A stretch of 36,678 bases of DNA from Streblomastix strix (Eukaryota). Below the pieces are notes generated by a model. It was not told the DNA's origin and ran no database searches. It saw only the letters and a program-made list of their open reading frames with translations. Where the stretch lies: contig SNRW01000039.1 of assembly GCA_008636045.1 (NCBI GenBank), positions 1 to 36,678 of the forward strand. The letters are read 5' to 3'. The translations under genes and the position numbers were made by a program. The stretch's first letter is position 1. Each line of letters starts with the position of its first letter. This document shows, piece after piece, positions 14,216 through 25,700 of the stretch.

Positions 14216-14768
14216 AAAAATATAATAGATTGAAAGTATTTAATAAGCATTTTTGAATGAAATTTATTTTTGATTATTAATAGTTAGTAAAAGATTGTTT
14301 TTTGTATTTATTTAAGATTTATAAAACTGAAACAGAACTGATACTATAGTGAAATATGCTTACGAGTAGTAATATAATATGGGAGGGGCGTATTAATGGA
14401 TTTTGTAACTTTAGACAATTATGATTTATGCAGTAATCAAAAGAATTAATCATTAGGAAATAATATTTAAAATGCATATATAAGAATAAAATTATAGTTC
14501 AATTAGAATAATGTGCATTGGACAATCCATGGTTTTTGTTTTATTTTAAATCTTATCGTTTGCAATAACTAATACTTCTCGGATATTTAAATTCTTAGCA
14601 TAAATCAAAATTCGTGCATTTGTGTTTTTAAAAAGATAATTCTCAAGATAAAAATTCCAGTATGTACCAAAATATCGGACACTTTATCTGTATTATTATT
14701 ATTCCAACCTTCCTTGAATTCAATTCGGAATCTAAACCAAAATATTGATTATTTTAAATGATATTGAA
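14216..14768. repeat. Left arm of a ~550-bp inverted repeat
   Basis: 14222-14746 aligns without gaps to the reverse complement of 17087-17611, with about 25 substitutions by manual count (~95% identity). Weaker similarity extends the ends. Confidence 0.97.
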
Positions 14769-14865
14769 ATATCACAATTTATTTATTCAATAAAAAAAGT
14801 ATTTTGAAATGAATGTGAAATGGTGTAATCAATCAGTGCTTCCTTAATTTAAGTAAATGATCATT

Positions 14866-16912
14866 TCATTTATCATCTAATTCATCATAGAGTCCAATAA
14901 TTGGCAATGGACAACCACAGCCACCTCGCTGCCAGTGGTTCATCGGTGGTAAGTATTTTATTAACTGATTGCAATTCTATGAGTTGCAGAATGAACGGCA
15001 TCTTGTATTTAATTCAGAATCTTGTATTCCAACTTTCGTTTTAGGTTTATTTATATTTGAAATTTCCTTAACAGTATCTTCTTATCCATAAAAATCAATG
15101 ATATCGCGTGCAATTCGTCTGTTGGGTATTTTCATATTATCATTAATGTTTTCTGGAGAATCTACTATTTACTCATCAATATCACGTGCTTTATCACAAA
15201 GATGAGAATCTTCATTTTCAGTTCCAAAGGCAATAAATGCTTCATGTGGAGCAAGAATGAGGAATTATTAACCACCAATACTATTCCCCCAATCTAAAGC
15301 CAACCTTGGACATCCAACGACTACCCATACTTATATATATTCATTGCTATTACAATATAATTTGGATTTATTTTAATTTATAGATGATGATCCAATTGAA
15401 ACATTTGATTTCTCTTAGCTTTCCTTTGATTAATCTTTATCAATTGATAACCTTATAAGAGGTTTAATGGCTTAAAGTGTATCTGAAGTTATTTCAGATA
15501 AATTTGCATAAGTTACTGTTCGATCATCTGGAGATTATTCAGCCCATTTTTCAATTAAACTACTTAATTACTAAAAGAAATAATTGTTAATAATAATTAA
15601 ATTAAAATGAATCAATAAATAAATAAAATTAAAATTTATAGAAGATTTTCAAAAATAAACCTTTAAAGTAGTTTTATTCCCTTAACGTCCTAGAGTCGAG
15701 AATACAATTCCAACATTGTGTGCATTACCTGCTTACTAAATGACATCTCTAAACAAGATAATGAATATAAATAAAATCAATTAATATCAAATAATCTAAC
15801 TGCTAATAAAACAAACAAATATCTCTTACCTTCTCATTTATGCATATTATTCCAATTCTATATTCTCTAAAGTCAATAAGGATGTACCTGGATCAAATCT
15901 ATAACATGGTACTGCACCAACTGATGCAATGATAGCAGCATCAACATGAAATCGTCCATCAACATAACATACAATTGCATCACATTCCAATTCTTCAGAT
16001 TAATTAATTATTCTTTTTTATTCATAAAAATTAATTTATTAGTCATTAATGTGTTATCTGGGTCTGAGTTATGGACATGTACATCCAAGAAACTCACCAT
16101 CTGGAAGAGGTGGATTAGATGGAAGAAAAAGATGAGGTAGTTTTCTTTCAATTGTTTAATCTCCTTCTGATTCAGGCTATGAAATATGAGATATATATTC
16201 CTTATTAATATGAAACAAAAAAAAAATCAAGAAAAATCAAGAAAATTGAAAATAATTTAGAAAAAAATCAATAACTTAGTTATACTATTATAAATGAATA
16301 TATAATATATACCTTAAGTGATTGTGAATGTTATGCTGTTGTGAGAAGAGCTATTTTGTCTTCGGGATTAAATTATACTTTAATTGATTCAATCAATTTT
16401 GGAATATTCTTCTGTTCTATTTCTTGTTTGTATCTACATGGTATATACAATACAGGAATAGATGATTCTTTAACTATATATAAATAAAGAAAGGATTAAT
16501 ATTAAATAAACTAAAAATTATACTTAATCTGTTATGGCCAAAATGAATGAGTGCTTAAGCTCCAAGTGATTCAGCATATTCATCTTCAATACAGCATGAA
16601 CCATAGGCAACATCACCCAGGACAATACATTCAAGATTGAAAGCACTACAAATTTATATTTTTATAGTAAAATTGAAAAATTAGTTTAACTAAAAGAAAA
16701 ATAATAGAAGACCTCTCTAAATACGATGAAATAGATAAACTATACTGTAATAACCCATCTGGAAATTGAAGCGCTATGAAAGAAACTCCTTTTTCTCTAT
16801 AATTAAAATGAATAACAGAAGCTTAAAAGTAATTAACATACTTTGCAAAAGTATCTACATCACTAAGGCAAAGATCAAAAGGAAGTGATATCTTCGGTTC
16901 CGAAGCCATCAT
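14866..16912 (-). CDS. DPH1: Diphthamide biosynthesis protein DPH1 (radical-SAM 3-amino-3-carboxypropyl transferase subunit), ~525-533 aa. Six introns: 16797-16841, 16646-16712, 16474-16523, 16177(or 16201)-16312, 15749-15829, 15571-15660.
   Basis: Motifs IALQFPDGLL, LGDVAYGSCCIED, LIHFGH, PDGEFLGCTCP, YVTDGRFH, STLGRQG and GCPRLALDWG. The three Fe-S Cys motifs are retained. GE.LGCT and DGRFH identify DPH1 rather than DPH2. Confidence 0.93.
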
Positions 16913-17065
16913 TTGATAAGATAATGACGAACTAAAAGAATTCAATTTAAAAAATAAAAATTAATAATAAATTAATTTGAATAATAATTTTTGATTTGTA
17001 GTTGGAGCAATAAATGTATTATACCGCAATTTATAATAGAATACAAATTGGCTGAAATAGATTAG

Positions 17066-17617
17066 TTCAAATGATTTAAATTATTTAATATTTTGGTTTA
17101 GATTCCGAATTGAATTCGAGGAAGGTTGGAATAATAATAATACAGATAAAGTGTCTGATATTTTGGTACACACTGGAATTTTTATCTTGAGAATTATCTT
17201 TTTTAATACACAAATGCACGAATTCTAATTTATGCTAAGAATTTAAATATACAAGCAGTATTAGTTATTGCAAACGATAAGATTTAAAATAAAACGAAAA
17301 CCACGGATTATTCAATACACATTATTCTAATTAAACTATAATTTTATTCTTATATATGCACTTTAAATATTATTTCCTAATGATTAATTCTTTTGATTAC
17401 TGCATAAATCATGACTGGCTAAAGTTACAAAATCCATTAATACGCCCCTCCCATATTATATTACTACTCGTAAGCATATTTCACTATAGTATCAGTTCTG
17501 TTTCAGTTTTATAAATCATAAATAAATACAAAAAACAATCTTTCACTAATTATTAATAACCAAAAATAAATTTCATTAAAAAATGCTTATTAAATACTTT
17601 CAATCTATTATCTTTTT
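17066..17617. repeat. Right arm of the ~550-bp inverted repeat; fills most of the DPH1/TAF13 divergent intergenic region
   Basis: Reverse complement of 14216-14768; position A + position B = 31833 throughout the ungapped core. Confidence 0.97.
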
Positions 17618-17640
17618 ATTATTATTTGAAGTATTTCGTT

Positions 17641-18041
17641 ATGAACTAATAGATGAAATAAGCAAGAAGATAGGAACTTTAAACATATAAACAAATGCTA
17701 AATGCGTTTGGAGAAAATTAAGTTTCAGATGAAACTGCGTCTACACTCTTAGAATATACTCATCTTTACATTGCTGATATGGTTTGTTGGTGATATTTCT
17801 GATTTATTTTGATTATTTCATTCACCAGGGCAGATAGCTACGAAATTTTGAAGAACGACATGGAGATGAAATAAAATTGCAGGATGTAGCAGGATTAGTT
17901 AGAAATCAACATAGTATTCTTTTATAACTTTAAGCTTAATAAGATCGTGAAGACCTAATTAAAGAACAAGAAACTAATACAAAGAAAGAACGAAAAAAGA
18001 GAAAAAAGAAGAATAAAGATGATCCAAATTAGGAAAAGTGA
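17641..18041 (+). CDS. TAF13: TFIID subunit TAF13-like histone-fold protein, 117 aa; intron 17782-17828
   Basis: YKQMLNAFGE....ETASTLLEY...YIADM|GRQ....RHGDEIKLQDVAGLVRN matches the TAF13/SPT3 pattern MMYGFGD...ET...I.EM...G.I.VED..FLIR. Length fits TAF13. Confidence 0.72.
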
Positions 18042-18675
18042 AATATATCAGCCATTTTCCATACCGTCAAATTTTCATTAGGAAAATGCTTGAAATTAAT
18101 TTATCCTTTTCATATTGAAATAATCAAATGCCATCAATACAAAAAATTGTGATAATTATTTAGATTTATTTTTGATTGTATTTAATATCAAAAATTTATA
18201 AATCATGTGGACAATTTATAAAGAATTGATTCAAAATCAAAATCTCACAGATTGAATCTACCAAATATATTGAGAATGATTATTTCATAAATAAGAACAT
18301 TTTTACATCTACTTGAACGAAAATTTAAAATTTTTCAAATCAAACTAGCCGAGAACAAGGCTGTCAAAATATTATTAAATAAATCAAACTTTGTAAGGGC
18401 TGTGTGTAAAAGTAAATATAGTTAAGTTATTATTTAGTTAATTTTATTTATTATCATGAATTTATACTATTTTAAATTGATTTTTTAAGTGCTACTTCAT
18501 ACAATTCTTACATTCTAAATTTCATCAATTTTCATGTTATAATCATTAGTATTTAATCAAATTTTTATTTTTTTTCTTTCTCTAAAACATTTTTTTAAAA
18601 ATTCAGACATTTTCACTGTAGACTTTGGCTTTACAATATATACAAAATTCATTTTTAAAGGTAAACAAATTAAAA

Positions 18676-21600
18676 ATGCTTCAATAAACTAGATCATCAT
18701 CATTTAAACCTGATATAGCTCATAAATTTGGAAAATAAAGAATATCTTACTCTACACCAGCTGCTAAAATTTATAATTTAACTTCTGGTAATGGTTTGTA
18801 TTCGTATTTTCTTGTATTTTTTTTACATATTTTGTATAGAAAGTAATATTGAACTCATTCAGGACTTGGAATTTTCCACCAAATCATCATGTGCAAAATA
18901 TACGCGAGATGGGAGATATTTGATGGTGAGTGGTATGCATTAATATATATAATCTTTCAATTAAAATTTCATATTGATTCAAAAATTCTTCTAATAAATT
19001 AATAATCAACAATTTTATTTATCTTCAGGGGCATACCCGCCTGTGATTCGCTGTTACGACCTCTTCTAACTATCAATGAAATTCGAGAGGCGAATAGCGA
19101 AAGATATTCAATAATTTCAAATCATTTCAGAAGATTATTCTAAAGTTGCAATATTGCATGTTGAGCGCTCGATTGAATTGCATAATCAAGGAGGTTCATT
19201 CTTTAAGATCCGAATACCCAAGATTGGAAGAGACATGACTTTTGTTCCACATACCAGTGATCTTGTTGTAGCCTCAATCTGTGATGAAGTCTTCAGATTG
19301 AATCTTTCAAGAGGTTAGTTCTTAGAATCGTATCATGCACATCCATATCTTGATTCAGCTAATTGTGTTAAGTACTCACCAATGCATCCATTAGTTGTTG
19401 TTGGTGGAGACACAGGTGCCATTGTTAGCTTTGATACAAGGAATAGGAAATTAGTATCTGCAATTAGTATTGGTGAGAGAAGAGGAGGTGTTCATTCACT
19501 CAGATTCAGTGATAATGGATTCACACTTGCTGCTGGAACTGGAGATGGGAGTGTGTTACTATTTGATATAAGAGGAGCTACTCCTTTTTTAGAGAAGAAA
19601 CATCTTTCATCTAATCCAGTAACTGATATCAAATTCTAAGATGGGAGTAAGATGATTGTTTCTGTTGATGCAAGAGCTGTTCGTATTTGGGATTCTGGTA
19701 TTGATTATTTATTTATTTATATATTATTTAATTATTATTTATTTATTTATTATATTTCACAGGAGATGGTATTGGAACTACACTTGGAACAATAGAAACA
19801 CCAGATGATGCTGCTCATGCATGTGTATAAGATAGAAATGGAATTGTATTTGTCTCTGGTAGATTCAAAAAGGTTATCTATTAATTATTATATCTTATTT
19901 ATACCAAATTAATTATTATTATTATTATTTAATAGGTGGGAGTATATTATGCTCCAATATTAGGAATGGCACCCTGGTGGTGTTATTCAGTTGATGTTGT
20001 TGGTGCTAATGCTGCTCAAGAATTATATACTTAGGTTAATATATTCAGATTAATATATTAATATATTATATAGTTAATTATATCTTTATTATATTATTAT
20101 ATTTATTTATAGGCAGCATCTTCATCTTAATAATCTTCTCTTACTACTTCAGCTGACAGTCTCACTTTCCTTCCTTCTTCTTCATCTTCATCTTTACTAC
20201 TCGATTCAGGAACTAAATAATCATCTTTCTCTACACCTTCACAAGCAGCTGCTGGTATTCATTAATATATATATTCATTAATATATATATTCATACATAT
20301 TTATATTTATATTCATACATATTTATATTTATATTAATGTATATTTATATTAATATATATTTATTTTCTCTCTCTTTGTATTTATATCCATTCAATTTAA
20401 GCTGCATCAATTCGTGGGAAGACAATTGGAGCTGCAGAAGCAACTGCAGGTGAAAATGAAGTATTTATAACATTTAAATTAATTTATATAATTAAACAAA
20501 TTATGTAATTAGTATCAGTATTTTATAAATATCAATTTATATATATTTAATATAGATTTTTATAGACAGAGAAGAACTTGATAGATTAGGATTAGCCAAT
20601 TCATTATAATTAGGTGTAATGTTGAGGTATTTTATTTTTAATTCAATTAATTATATAGTCATATTTCCTTTATCTTTATTTCAGACCATTTATGCATGGT
20701 TTCTTTATCAACAAGCGAATATATGAGAGTGCAAAAGATAAAATAGAATGAGAAGAAAGAGAGTTTGAATATGAATCAGATGAAGATGAAGAAGAAGATG
20801 AAGAAGGATCTAAGAAGAAGAAGAAGAATTAAGAGAATAAATAATTATCAAAGAAGATTGCAGAAGCCATGGAATCAAGAATTACTAAAACACATCGTGT
20901 TTTGCCTAAAAGAATAAATGATGAATAAAAAGATGAAAATATGGAGAAAGGAAAGTTGAAAAGTGGGAAATTAAAAGAAAAAGAAGAAAATGAGGATAAA
21001 ATGAAGAAAGATGATCGATTTTCAAGTCTTAATAAGGATAAGAGATTTGAAGTTGATAAAACAAATGATGAATATTTGAGGTTGAATTATATTAATTATA
21101 TTCTATTCTATATATTCTATATTATTCTATTCTTATATATATTTAAAGACGTCATTTCATAGAAGCCAGGAAGATTAAAGAACAAGAAAGAGAAAAGAAA
21201 GAAAAATAAAAAAGAAGAGAAAGAGGAGAAATTGTGAGTGAAGATGAATAAGAAGATAATGAAGAAGAAGATGATGATGATGAAGAAGAAGAAGAAGAAG
21301 ATTTAGAAATTAGTGATTCAGATATTAATGAAGAAGATATTTTTAATGAAGATGATATTAATGAAGATGAAGATATGGATGAATCAGAATCAGATTCAGA
21401 TGAAGGTTGGGAAATAGAGAAAGTTATTGAAGAAGGAGATGAAGATGAAGAAGATAATAGTGATGAATAAGAAGAAATTGAAAGAATGAAGGCAAAAATG
21501 GAGAAAAAGCTGGAAAGAATATAATAAACAAACGAAAAAGATAAAATTGAGAAGAAAGATGAAAATACTAATCTTTAAAAAGAATCAGTCAAAATCAAAA

Positions 21601-22590
21601 AAGATAAACATAAAGAAAACTAAAATTAAAAAGAAGAAGAAAATAAACACATGAAATAAGAAGAATATGATGATGATGAACCAATTGTTATTAGCGGACA
21701 TAATTTATTCAATTCACTTCAAATTCCAAATATCACATCACAATAAATTCCAAGTTAATAATCTAAAAAATAAGAGAGAAATGACAAATAAAAAGATTCA
21801 AATAGAAAGAAACCAAATTAGAATGAAAAAGAAAGTATTAATAATAAAGATAAATAGAAAGAAGGATATTCTAATATATAAACATTAAAGAGATAAATGC
21901 AAATAATGAAAGAGATGTCAATTGAAGAGAAGATGCTGTTACAATCATAATAACTTCAATAATTACAATAATAGCAATACACAAACAATGAATTTTAATA
22001 GAAAGACCAGTCAAAGAGTATTCAATAATCATTTAAATAAGAATTTGATAATTAGGAAAAGATTGGAAGAGATAACAAAGGATAATAGAAATAAAAGAAT
22101 AATTTTAAAGATTAAAAAACTAAGTCAATAAAAGAATAGAGAAGAGATTTTACTGATCTTGCATCATATGCAACTGCATCTCTTGTTCCATCATTCTCAT
22201 TACAAAATCAGAGTGGGTATGGATGATAATAAATATTAATTTATAATTTATTAATTTGATTTTATTTTATATCCTTTTTATTCTTAATAATTTTCCAATT
22301 TTCATTTTTACTATAATTTAATATATTTCATTTTAATATATCAAACCAGATATGATAGCGTTAGAGAGGGTACATTCACTATGGAAATCAAGGAAGGATA
22401 AGATGATGATGATGAAGAAGAAGATATTGATGCGATGAAACCAATGAAGAAGAAGAAAAGAAAAAGAAAAGAAGAATAAAGAATAGAAAAAGACAATTAG
22501 GATGAATTGAGACAGCGTAGAGGAGTATAGTCATTGCATCTTAGACGATTGAAAGAACTTGGTGCAATTAGACACAATCGGAAGAAATGA
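18676..22590 (+). CDS. NOL10: Nucleolar protein 10 / ENP2 (WD40 + NUC153), 1021 codons, with an in-frame TGA at 20749-20751. Ten introns: 18794-18839, 18933-19028, 19698-19762, 19873-19935, 20035-20112, 20255-20401, 20461-20555, 20627-20684, 21081-21148, 22217-22349.
   Basis: Motifs KIYNLTSG, IELIQDLEF, DGRYLMVSGAYPPVIRCYDL..LSMKFER, ISEDYSK, IRIPKIGRDM, LGMAPWWC, LRPFMHGFFI and NUC153-like DDRFSSLNKDKRFEVDKTNDEY. Exon phases sum to a whole number of codons. Confidence 0.93.
20257..20360. repeat. Short tandem duplications inside a NOL10 intron: (attcattaatatatat)x2 and (attcatacatatttatatttat)x2
   Basis: Directly visible tandem copies in intron 20255-20401. Confidence 0.75.
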
Positions 22591-22762
22591 AAGAAATTAA
22601 ATCTTAAAATTTGGTTCAAATTATTATTTTTATCATTTCTTTCTTTTTATTTTTTTAATCATGTAAATAAATTATTATATAATGAGTGAAAGGAGATTCT
22701 TTGAATGTACAATGAGTATTATTTTATTCACAAAACACAAATAAAAACACAATTCATAAAAT

Positions 22763-25700
22763 TCAGACTTTTTCAGCCAGAATTTCATTTGCAATGGCAG
22801 TGAAAAAATCACTTATTCTTCGCCAATCAGCAAAAGATATTCCAGTTGTTCGTGAAAATGCTTAGAAATCAAAATATTTCTACTCGTACATCTGTTGCCA
22901 GCTCTTGATCAAACAGCATAAATTGTGTAGTAAGGAAAAGTGCGGAAGCCGAAGTTTGTGATTTTATGTACCCAATGAGTTAATTGATAATTTATCATAA
23001 ATAATCTAATTGGTTGGGTTAGTTCTATTCTCTGCCATATTTTTAGCAAAACAATTATTATCCTCAATTTTATCAAGAAAGTATCCAACAATGCATTCAC
23101 GAGACATTGAAGCCACAATTGATTCTCCTTACCAAGCTGATCCTCCTCCTGTAAGCAAACAGTTCTCATCAAGTTCAGGTCCACGAATGGTTCGAAGCCA
23201 TCTTAGTATATTGCGAAGACCATTCTCATTATCTGGTCCTGCAGTTAAGAGAACTAGAATAGTATTGATAGAGAAGACTGTATCAAATGATGTAGTTGTG
23301 TATGGAATTGCACAATATCTTGCTAAGAAAATAAGATAATTCTTAGAAACGAATTATATGATATGTGATGTTTGAGTTGAGAAATGAGGAGAAGGAGTTA
23401 AATATGGGAGAATTATTTGTTGTTTATTCATATTTACTTAATTTTAATTCTCTTTTGATGATTATGATGATTATGATTGCTAAAGTTGATTAAAACTTTG
23501 TTATTTCTTTTCTATCAGGTTGAATGTATAAAGAAACGAATTGAAGTCATTGTGTTGTGCAATTCCAGTTTATATTTTGATTGTTTTGTTATGATTATTA
23601 TTATGATGGCTTTCTTTGATTAATTTTTCATCTTCATTTCTTGATTTATTTGAATTCGTTATCTTTTCTCTTCTAATCTTCATCCTCGAATTCTATATTC
23701 TTTATTAATCATTCATTCTGATAATTGGTTATTCATTATTAGTTTAATTTATCTACGAAAGTAATGCTCTTTGATTAGGAGATTATTATTAATGCTATTA
23801 TTCAGTGCATGGAAAATTCATTTATTAATGTTCTTATTATGATTATCTTCTAATCATCATTTCATGCTGTTGTTGTTGTTATTATTATATTCTAAATCTC
23901 GCTTCTTCCTTCCTCAACCATCCAGCTCGTCTCTTTCTGAGATTGTGTTGTGATACTAAATAATCAATCTAATATTAATTATGAGTCTTAACATGTGGAT
24001 TACGAGATATTCCATGCCTTGCAATATTTGATTAGAATAAAAGTTCACCATTCCCATTATCCATGAATTAACTACCATCATTGTCACTTTCATCCATTTA
24101 TTCAATATTCTCATTCTCAATCTAATTCTCATCACCAGTTTGAGCCGATCTTGAAAATATAGCTTCAGACATCAGAATCTTCTTTATATTCTCAAAACTT
24201 GGTTTCTTCTCCTTATCATAATCATCATCATTATCATCTTTATATTCTTCATTTTCACTACTTTCACTTGTCCTATATACATCAGGTACTGGATTTGTAT
24301 TCATTGATAAAGATTATGATGACTATTATTGTTTTACTTTATTCTCTTACTCACTATTATCATATACATTATCAATAGTTTATATTTATGAGTTAGACAA
24401 TTAAGAAGAGAATACTATTGGTGATGATGAAGTTTGTTAATTAGAAATTTCACTTATATTTATTTTCTCAGGAAAATAATCATCATAATTCATATGCAAT
24501 TATTCTTTCAATATTCGTTTCTCATTTTTTATTTCTGCTTTTGTTAAATTATTATTATCTTTTCTATAATTTTTTCTTAATTCATTTCTTTTTTTAATAT
24601 GTTTGAGATTGCTATGTTTTCCATATTCAATATCATAATTCTTTAATTTTCTATAATTATTCCCAAGTATTCTCCTTTTTCTTTCTAAATATGCTTATTT
24701 TTCCTTCATTAGCATATCCATCCTTATTTACTATATTTTATATTCCCTTTATTGAGCTTCTTCATTCTTCATATGAGTCATTGTCACTACAACCAATCTG
24801 ATAAATAAAACACTCAAATGAGGTTCATTTACTAAGAAATCATAAAATAATTACATCTTTCCTGATTTGTTCAATTCTCTTTCAATTCTCTCAATTGAAG
24901 CTGCTGAGAATCTGACACAATCTCCCAACACATGAACTAAGGATTTAATAAGAAATGTGCTCTCACAATCATTAATTAGATTAAAATGATACTATGATGG
25001 ATATTAAGGTAAGAAATTAGATAAATAATAATAAAGCATATAAAGATCACTGGGTTATTATTAAGATGAATATATAGGAGATATTGATTTAATTTCAATC
25101 AATTCATCTTCTTTTTATTCGAGTTGTGTTTGAGAGTCAATATTACTTACTTCATAATCATCATCATTATCTTATAATTAATCCCGATCTTGATCAGGAT
25201 ATTTTATTTATTATTATGGATTTAATGTCTTCACTTATTATTAATATTAATATGCATGACCAATAATACTAGAAGAATATTAAGTATTTGAAGTTGGAGA
25301 TTTTGCAGTTTATGTAACAAGTGGATTTTACAGTTATTATTTTAATTCTTGATTGTTTTATTATTATTATTATTGAATAATAGATTGATTATTTAATACT
25401 TAATTTGTTGGTGTAAGTATTAAAGGTGAAATTAATGTAGGAGAATATTTAAATCCTTGCTTTTATTAATTAAAAATAACAGTTCTTTCTTTTTCTTTTT
25501 AGTTTCTTTCAAATATTTTATTTTCTTTTCTTCTCATATATTCAAATAAAATTGGAGAATGAGATATATTGGATGAAAATACAGGAGAGATGGAATGTTA
25601 TATTTACTAAATATGAATAAAACGAATAGAGTTTGCAGATTTTGGAGTTGAGTTATTTTAATATTACTAAAATTGTTAAGGCAATAAAGTATTAATATCA

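Noticed and set aside
16177..16203. AAG acceptor in DPH1 intron 4
   Set aside because: An in-frame TAG acceptor at 16179-16177 works equally well, so this site was not counted as an AAG site.
17485..17507. Resemblance to U2 snRNA: TATAGTATCAGTTCTGTTTCAGT versus U2 TGTAGTATCTGTTCTTTTCAGT (also in the left arm)
   Set aside because: The branch-pairing GUAGUA is altered, the upstream stem I/U6-pairing sequence is absent, and stem IIa has no complementary strand. Probably chance; a cmsearch would settle it.
14216..17617. Calling the repeat-flanked unit a bona fide transposon
   Set aside because: No transposase, no convincing target-site duplication, and the ends fade rather than stop sharply. 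Kept only as a hypothesis.
17191..17640. TGA-free frame through the repeat, in frame with TAF13
   Set aside because: With only one stop codon, ~150 open codons are unremarkable. Substitutions between arms show no third-position bias and the translation is not protein-like.
21090..21135. Short (ATATTCT)-type repeats, considered as an array
   Set aside because: Simple slippage repeats inside a NOL10 intron, with no spacer structure; not CRISPR-like.
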